Assembly (NCBI RefSeq): GCF_009914755.1
Contig: NC_060933.1
Length of the DNA stretch: 64,000 nucleotides
Source: the human T2T-CHM13v2.0 reference genome, Homo sapiens
Strand: one strand, 5' to 3'
Shown here: piece after piece, positions 54,818 to 64,000 of the stretch
How positions within the stretch are numbered: the first letter of the stretch is position 1
Layout of the letters: the number at the start of each line of letters is the position of its first letter
Position numbers and translations under genes: made by a program
Notes under the pieces: generated by a model
The model's input: only the letters and a program-made list of their open reading frames with translations
The model's database searches: none
Told to the model about the DNA's origin: nothing

Positions 54818-54881
54818 CAGCTGACACCAGCTCAACAAGAATGCTTAAGATATTAAGTGTAGTTTGAAGATCTTTTGTGTT
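54818..54881 (-). CDS. AGTPBP1: AGTPBP1 exon 5, 64 nt: NTKDLQTTLNILSILVELVSA(G)
   Basis: acceptor atttcag|AAC, donor CTG|gtaagt; phase 0 to 1. Confidence 0.95.
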
Positions 54882-55878
54882 CTGAAATAAATAGTTTGTT
54901 TTATTAAAACATTGTAAACTTTTGATTCCCAGACTTTTGAATCCACTGGGAACTACCTATATTTTACAAATGACCTTTCCAATTTCTCTAGGAACAAAGG
55001 TATTCAGGTTTTCACTATTATCATTTCCGTCTGTTTCCTTCTGCCTTTAAGAATTTTTACAAATCATTTTGAGTTATTACTTGTGAAATATCAACATTAC
55101 AAGAAGAATCAATTTGTCATTTGAATTCCTCATCTTTCTACCAAATAGATAATAAAAGTAAATGAATCAAAATGTAAATGGCATTACAATGTATGTCTGG
55201 TGACTACTCAATCACTTAGTTGCCCTCTCAGAAGGCAATCACGTTATCAATTTCTTATGCATTCTGCCAAAGATAATATGCACACATAAAAGAAATCCAT
55301 GTAAATATACATGTGCATACAGGTTTATTTCTCCAAATGGTATTGCCCTATAGGTACTATTTTGCACCTTGATATTTTACATATCGATAGATAAAGAGCT
55401 TCTTTATTCTTTTTGAGGGCTACAGGATATTTTCCATTATATGGCTATATCACCATTGTTTATGTAACCAGTCATCTACCCATGAAATATTTAGGTTGCT
55501 TTTAATATTTTGCTATTAAAAGTTTCAAATTTAACTAAGGATATATATTTACATGTGGTAAAGTACATCTGTATAGTAAGGTAAATGCCTACAATTCCAA
55601 GGTCAAAGAATATGGGCCTTTATTTTAATAGATATTACCAAATTGCTCTCTATGAAATAATTTATACTCCCATCAGCAATGCAGAAGAGTGACTATTTCT
55701 CCAAGTTTGGACAACTAATCTAATAAGTGAAAATGTTTAAACACTGTACTTTGGTTTTATTTATCTTCTTAAAAGTAATGCTCAATCTCAAGTGACATTT
55801 GTGTTTCTTTTCCTGAGAACTGAGCATAGCCTTTACATGGTTTTTGAAGTGTTTTTTTTTGTTGTTGTTCCTTCCTAA

Positions 55879-56190
<312 letters not shown>

Positions 56191-56705
56191 TTTAACTGAA
56201 GAAGTTCTTTACATGTCAAAGAAATTATGTAAGCCAAAATACTTTTCCTCAGTTTTCCAAGTATCCATGGTGTTTTTTTTCTACATCCTTTTGTTAATAT
56301 AGTTGAATCTATCAATCTTTTATAGTTTCTATTTCTTCATACTTAAAAAAGCCTTCTTTGTTGTAAGATTATTTTAAAATTCATCTCTCTTTCTCTAGTA
56401 TTATGATTCCATTTTTCATGCTTAAATCTTTGCTTCATATGGAATTTATTTGGGTGTGGAATGCAGGAAGTCATGATTCAATGTTACCTTTTTCCACATA
56501 GCTACCAATCACTCTATTTCTCACTGATCTGAAATGCTACCTTTAATAAATAATACTAAATTCCCATATGCATTTTATTTTTAGATTTTCTATTCTGTTA
56601 CACTATAGTAGTAGTCTATCTATTACTCATGCATAATTTCCAAACTATTTTAATTACTGAAGATTTCTAATGTTCTTTGATATTTAATGGGATAGTCCCT
56701 TCTCA

Positions 56706-57128
<423 letters not shown>

Positions 57129-57741
57129 CTAAAGTAACAGAGCAATCTAGGGAGAAATGACATCTTTATGATGCTAAGACTTCCTATTGAAGAACATGAA
57201 TTCATTTCTTGTTCTTAACATTGCAACTGAACAAAATACAGAATCCTGATTCTGAATACATCCTGCTGGTCCACCAAAAACTTTACACTGGCGTAGAAAT
57301 TCAATTATCATCAATATAATATAGTTAACCAATATGTGTAGTAAAATCACAAATGTATATCAGCTAAAACAATAAACGATAATTTTCATTTGTTTTAAGC
57401 TAAAGATTTATTTCCAGCTAATGCTTTATTTTCTATACCAACTAAAATGGCATGTTAGGATTACAATTTACAGTTATCATTATAATCATATAAGGGAAAT
57501 ATACTTCAATAGTCACCTAATACATATTAAAATATTTATACCACCATTCCAAATAGTATTTTAAAAACCTAAAATGAATTTCCATTTACTGGCTTTACCT
57601 CTAAAACAAAAATTATTACATATACGTGTGTGTGTATATATGTACGTGTGTATGTGTTTCTGTGTGTATTTATACACACACATACGCTTTTTCTTCTTCA
57701 GTATTGCTTGGCATTAGTAGTTACATAATTAAAGCGTGTCA

Positions 57742-57858
<117 letters not shown>

Positions 57859-58180
57859 TTAAAAGTATGTATAGTTTTGTTGCATATAGCTAATAAAGAT
57901 TCAACAAGTCTCCACTGGTACAGTAAACACTCTAACTTGGTTCACAGACGTTCTTCCCTCTGATGTTGCTAATTCTACCATATGTGGACTTCGAGATATC
58001 AGTTAACATGGCATTCTTCACATTTCATCACAGCTCCTGTCATGAATTAGGTGATTCCTATTCATCCATTTAAAATCTTAAAATCGATAATATAGTACAG
58101 GTGCCAGAACTAGGAGTAAGGGAGGAGTCTTACCTCATCTTCATGAGTAGAACTAGAAAATTGTTCATCAAAATGGGTGA

Positions 58181-58531
<351 letters not shown>

Positions 58532-58651
58532 TGTATTAATACTATTTTAAAATTCTGTATCACACAAAAACAAACAAAACTAACAAAAGGCTACTTCTGA
58601 AACAATCTGGAGACCAGATCACCCAAATGATCCTTTTCCTCTCATTAGGAT

Positions 58652-58685
<34 letters not shown>

Positions 58686-60054
58686 TAGATTATTTCTATT
58701 AGGTGAAGGTTTCTAGAGCTTCTCCACAATTCTTCTCCTTTGATTAGCAAAAGAAGAAAAGTACATCCTAGGTCAACATTTAGAAAAGGAACTAACATTT
58801 ACTATTCCATAGCTACATTATGTCATTTATAACTCCCTTCAACCCTCTGGGGAAAAAAAACTACTCTTTTCATGGATCTAAAGATTTAAGTTCAGAAAGG
58901 AGAATAAATCTGTACAAGTCGCTGAGCAAACAAGTGAAAAGACCAGGTCATCACTTGTGTTTCTGAACCCAAAACTTATAGTCTTCCAGCATTTAATGCA
59001 CTTTATTTAATGTCAAACCTGAATACTAATGCCAGAAATTATTCTAATACAGAATGACAGTGCCATTTATTTCACATTTTGAGATTTTAAAAAACACAAT
59101 CAACCCACTCTCAATACAGTACATATTCCACAATGAAGTTCAAAGGACTGATACCAAATTCAATGTTCCACATGGAGATAGTCAAGGGAGTTTAAGAGAA
59201 GAACAACAGATAGTGAGGCCCTGATTAAAGGAAAATATCAACACAGATGGGAGAAAAACAAACTCAGGCTAAGCCTTTAGAATATCATACTTTTGTTCTG
59301 AGCAAATCCTGTTCAACTTCATGAATCTGACATCACTTGAAAATTAAGTTACTCTAAATTAGGAGTAAACAGAGGGAAAAATGTACTACAGAAGGGACAT
59401 AGTATAATGTTATTTATGACAACTACCTATGACTAGCTACAAAATAAATATGCTGGAGAGTACATGTCATATTTATCTTAAAACAACAATCTCATGCTAT
59501 CATGCATCATCTCGGGTTCAGTTAATGGACTTCACTAAACTTAAGGAACCTTACATCTTTCAAAACAGAAACTCCCGTAAGTGATATGAAGACCTAAAAT
59601 AATATTCACCAGTTCCTTGCTGCCACATTGTTAATGCTTAAAAGAATATAAAATTTACCTAGAACAAAAGGAAAAACTCATTAATGAGAGTAAAATTAAA
59701 TTTCTCCTTTTTAAAAAGTATGTCATTCCTTCTGATAATGCAACCTATCCTTTACTTTTTCTCCAGCCCTGCTGCCTCCATCAAAAAATGTTGAGTTGCA
59801 AAATAAAACATTGTTTCAAATATCTAATGTACCCTTGATGTAATATTTTAAAGGCCCCTGATTTAATATTAAAGCCAAATTATTTTTCAATATTAATATC
59901 ACTACTAACAAGCCATTACATTTTCACTTCCATGAAGGGTAAAAAAAACTATCTTCCTTTGAAGACAGTATAATGCAGCCTCCCCTTGTTAACATTCACC
60001 ACTGTTTTGTTTACACCTCACACTAAATGAAAATTAGGTGTTTAGACTAACAGT

Positions 60055-61300
60055 TTTCTACTCTACTCCAAATTCTGCCACAATCTTGGGAGACTTCAAT
60101 GTCATTGTGGAAAATTCATTCAAATACCTAGTTCCATAGTTTCTCGACCTCATAACAAAATCCTTCCCTCTGTGCTCCAATTCATCAACCCTCTGAATGG
60201 CCATTCTCAGGACCTCAAACTGCTCTGCCTCTGATATCTTAATCCCTAATCTTCTACTTATGGCCCATAACCTCCTAACATTTCTATTCATCTTTCCTTT
60301 ATAAAGACTATATAAACCTCACTGTCACCTTTGTTGAAACTTCTTATCCAGTGTGAGGTAGCACTGTTTTCCCACAGTATCAGTCCCCTCCATACTTAAC
60401 TTGGATTCCAAGCACCCCCACCCCCACCAATTTTCCCACCACAAACCCTGATACAGAAGTGAATCCCAAAAAGCTGAGTTCCCTGCTCCTACATCAGAGT
60501 AAAAATAACACCACAATTTAAGACTGTTAATACCATAAAATTAATGAATTCCAACCTCACTTGGGAACACAAAACTGCTCCTTTCACTTATCTTAGCTCA
60601 CATCCATCACCATCTGCCCTGCCATAGCCCATAGCTATTTCAACATTTATAGTAGCCCTCAATCTTTCCTCTCATTCTCTGGACTTCTCAGAACCTACAT
60701 TTTTCCTCATTAAAATGAAGCAAAGTAATTAGTTAACAAAACATTTTACTAATAACAACCAAACTCTATATGCTCCTGTACCAAAATCCTTGACAATCTT
60801 GCATTCCTTCCGCCAGTAAATGGCAGAGAGGAGCAGGACAGTGGAGGTTAGGAAGAAATGTCCTTTCACCTATGTTCTGAATTCCATCCTTTCTACCTTC
60901 TTATGAACCTTTATCTTCAACCTCTACCAACATATCAGTTGTTCCCTCTCAACCAATAAATACACTTTTTATTATTCCACATACTTACCAAATCTTATTT
61001 TACCCTGCCTCCCCCTCTATTTCCCTCTTTTCTTTCTCGGTGAAGCTCCTCAAACAAGTACTCTATATTCCCTGTGATTATTTCATTTGCCATTCACATT
61101 ATAACATACTGCAATCTTCCACCTAATCCTACCACTTGAAAAGTGCTTTTGTTGTGATCAGTAATTTGTTAATAATCCAATCAAAAAGAACTTTAAACTT
61201 CCTAACACTTAGCACTGTTGACTACTGCATCTTCCTTTGGCTTCTTTAAATATAATCCTTCCCAGTTATCTTAATGCTGTATTCTTTCTTTAACAGCTTC
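60055..61300 (+). mobile_element. L2 ORF2 relic (endonuclease to RT), resuming at about 62915-63075
   Basis: ATILGDFNVIV at 60077-60109; GHSQDL and HSTETAL/FDTVDH-like decayed motifs. Confidence 0.7.
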
Positions 61301-61304
61301 AATT

Positions 61305-64000
61305 ATCTGAATGTTAGATTAGATTTACAGACAAGAACTTTAAAGCAGCTATTATAATAAATGACATTAAAGTAAAGAAGTACACAATGAATGAAAAGAT
61401 GGGAAAACACAGCAGAGAAATAGAAACTACAAAAGCAAAAGAACCAAGTGCACACTTGAGAATAAAAAAAAAAACATCTGAAATAAATTATCAGATAGCT
61501 AACTGGAAGGATGCATAGGAAAGAGGCAGTGAAACTGACAATAGAACAATAGAAATTATCCAACCCAAATAACAGAGAATTAAACTTAAAAGATATAAGC
61601 CTCAACAACAGCTGAAAAAATATCAAAAATCTAATACATGTATAATTATACTTCCACAAGACAAATAGGGAAAATAAGGGAGAAAAAAAACTGAGCAACC
61701 AAAAATGTCCCAAATTTGACTAAAGATATAAATTTACAGATTCAAAAATCTCAGTGAATTCCAAGCAGGATAACTATGAAGAAAACTATAGCCAGTCAAA
61801 CTTGAAAAGCAAAATCCAAAAAAATAAATAAATAAATAAATCCTGAAATCAGTTAGAAAAAAATCACACATAACATTCAGGAAAATGAAGATTCAAATGA
61901 CAACAGAGTTCTCATTTGAAATTATGGAGGCCATAAAATGGTGGAAACACAATTGTAAGCACACTTTAAAAATGCTAAAAGACGATGACGATGAAACTGC
62001 CAAACCAGAATTCTATATCCAGTAAAAATATCCTTCAAAAATGGTGAAATAAATTCACTGTCAGATTAAGAAAAAAAAATCTTCCACAGCCAACCTGAAC
62101 TACTGGAAGTGACAAAATTCTGTAGGCTAAAGAGAAATGGCACCAGATCAAACTCACATCATTAGAAAAGAATAAAGAGCTTCCAAAATGGTAAATATCT
62201 CTGCAAATGTAAAAACTACCTTTTTTCTTTTTAATGTCTTTAAAACATACATGACTTGATAAAGCAAAAATTGTGTTGTAATGTATACAGATGTAGATAC
62301 ATATGACAATCACAGCTGAAGAATGGTAGAAAAAATTTAAGATTCTAAATTTACATGAAGTAACAATAATAATTCTAAGCAAACTGTGAAAAGTTAATGA
62401 CATTTAGTGCAATATTCAAAGAAATTACTTCTTAAAAATGAAAAGAGGTATAACTAAAAAGCCAATAGGTAAATTAAAACGAAATTCTAAAAAAAAGTTC
62501 AAATAATCCAAAATAGGGTAGGACAGGAAGAAAAGGAATAAAAAACATAAAAGACAAACAGAAAATAAAATTGTAGACCTAAATCCAGTCAACAACTACA
62601 TTAAATGTTAACAGACCAAATGCTCAAATTAAACACTCAGACTGTCAAACTGGATGTTTTTTTTTAAAAAGATCCAACTATATACTGTCTACAGAAATCA
62701 CACTTTGGATTCAATGACACAAAAAGGCTGGGAGTAAAAGAATAGAAAAGACTATATCATGCAAACAGCAACCGTAGGAAAGCTTGAAGGGTTATACTAA
62801 TATCAGACAAAATAAACTTCAGACAAAGAACACTGCCAGAGATAAAGAGAAACTTTCCATAATTATAAAGGGGTAAATCATCAGGAAGACACAAAAATCA
62901 TGTGAATGCACTTGATTATCTTCACCCTCTTATAGCCCTATCTAAATGTGCACAGTTCCCAGGACACAAACCTCAGCTTTCTCACTCCACAACTCCTTCT
63001 AAGAAAACTTAATTCCACCCCCATTACTTTAACTATCAATCTGTTGGCTCTTAATCCTGCTCTTCATTCAGAACTTCTTTATAAAGCATAAGATTGTGTA
63101 AGCAATAATTACAACATTGTATTGTTGGGATTCTAATATGTATAAACATAACATGTAAATCAATAACAGCATAAAGAATGAGAAGGAAATGAAGCTATAT
63201 GGGAAGTTTTGATATTGACTGGAATTAAGTACACTGTAAAAAGATGCACATTTTAATCCCTATAGGAACCACTAAGAAAAGAACTCCAATTTCTTTAAGT
63301 TAGATAACAACAAAAGCAGTGAAAGAATGAGAAGAATGTAAAAGACATGAAACAAAACAATTAGCAAAATGGCAGATGTAAATCCAATCATATTAATAAA
63401 TGCATTAAATTGGAAGCACTAAAACACTCAGACTAGTTAAGAAGCAAGATCCAACAATATGTTATCTTCAAGAAACACACTTTAGATTCCAAGGTACAAA
63501 CAGGTTCAAAGTAAAAGGAATGAAAAAAGGTACGATATGCAAAGAGTAATAATCATTCGGCAGCTGGAGTGGCAATATTATCATTAGACAAAATGAACTT
63601 TAAGTCTAGAACTATTATGAGACAAAAAGCAATATTTCACAATGATGGAAGAGGCAAACTATCAGGAAAATGAAACAACTATAAATGTATACACAGCTAA
63701 GAACAGGGCCTCAAAACACATTAACCAAAACCTGCCAAAATTAAAAAGATATACAATTTAATAATATTTTAACACCTAACTCTTAATAATTAACAGAGCA
63801 CCTGGGCAGAAAATCAACAGTGTATAAGAGATCTGAACAACACTATCAACTAACCTAATTGATACTTATAGAACACTTCACCCAACAACAGCAGAATATA
63901 CATTCTTTTCAAGTATGCATGGAACATTTTTCAGGAGAAACCATAAACTAAGTCATAAAACAAGTCTCAAGCAATTCCAAGGATTGAAATCAATCAAAGT
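61305..64000 (+). mobile_element. Old L1M ORF1 and ORF2-5' fragments, at least two pieces
   Basis: ccagaattctatatccagtaaaaatatccttc (ORF1); gatccaactatatactgtctacagaaatcacactt and cagcagaatatacattcttttcaag (ORF2 endonuclease). Confidence 0.8.

Noticed and set aside
61303-62403. Phe/Leu-rich ORFs of 120-140 aa (also 13037..13459) that look like membrane proteins
   Set aside because: Antisense translations of A-rich L1 remnants

Overview
Human-like (Alu-rich primate) genomic DNA lying wholly inside the AGTPBP1 (CCP1/NNA1, cytosolic carboxypeptidase 1, tubulin deglutamylase) gene on the minus strand. Eleven consecutive coding exons (57818 down to 9140, 1858 nt) splice with canonical GT-AG sites into one uninterrupted frame. 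From my recall of the protein, they are exons 4-14 and encode about residues 53-672: the N-terminal armadillo-like region, an acidic linker and the region before the carboxypeptidase domain. The first exons and the catalytic exons lie outside the window. The introns hold about 25 Alus, L1 fragments including a young L1PA2-like 3' end, L2, MIR, an ERVL integrase/dUTPase relic, MER21 and MLT1 LTRs, Tigger/hAT DNA transposon relics and microsatellites. I found no convincing novel biological system. The most notable observations are a repeat-phased exon architecture of the ARM region, an internal in-frame 120-nt alternative acceptor, inverted Alu pairs bracketing several exons, two UG-repeat cryptic-exon candidates and several local duplications. 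Repeat subfamily names and exon/residue numbers come from memory, not from a database search; repeat boundaries are approximate.
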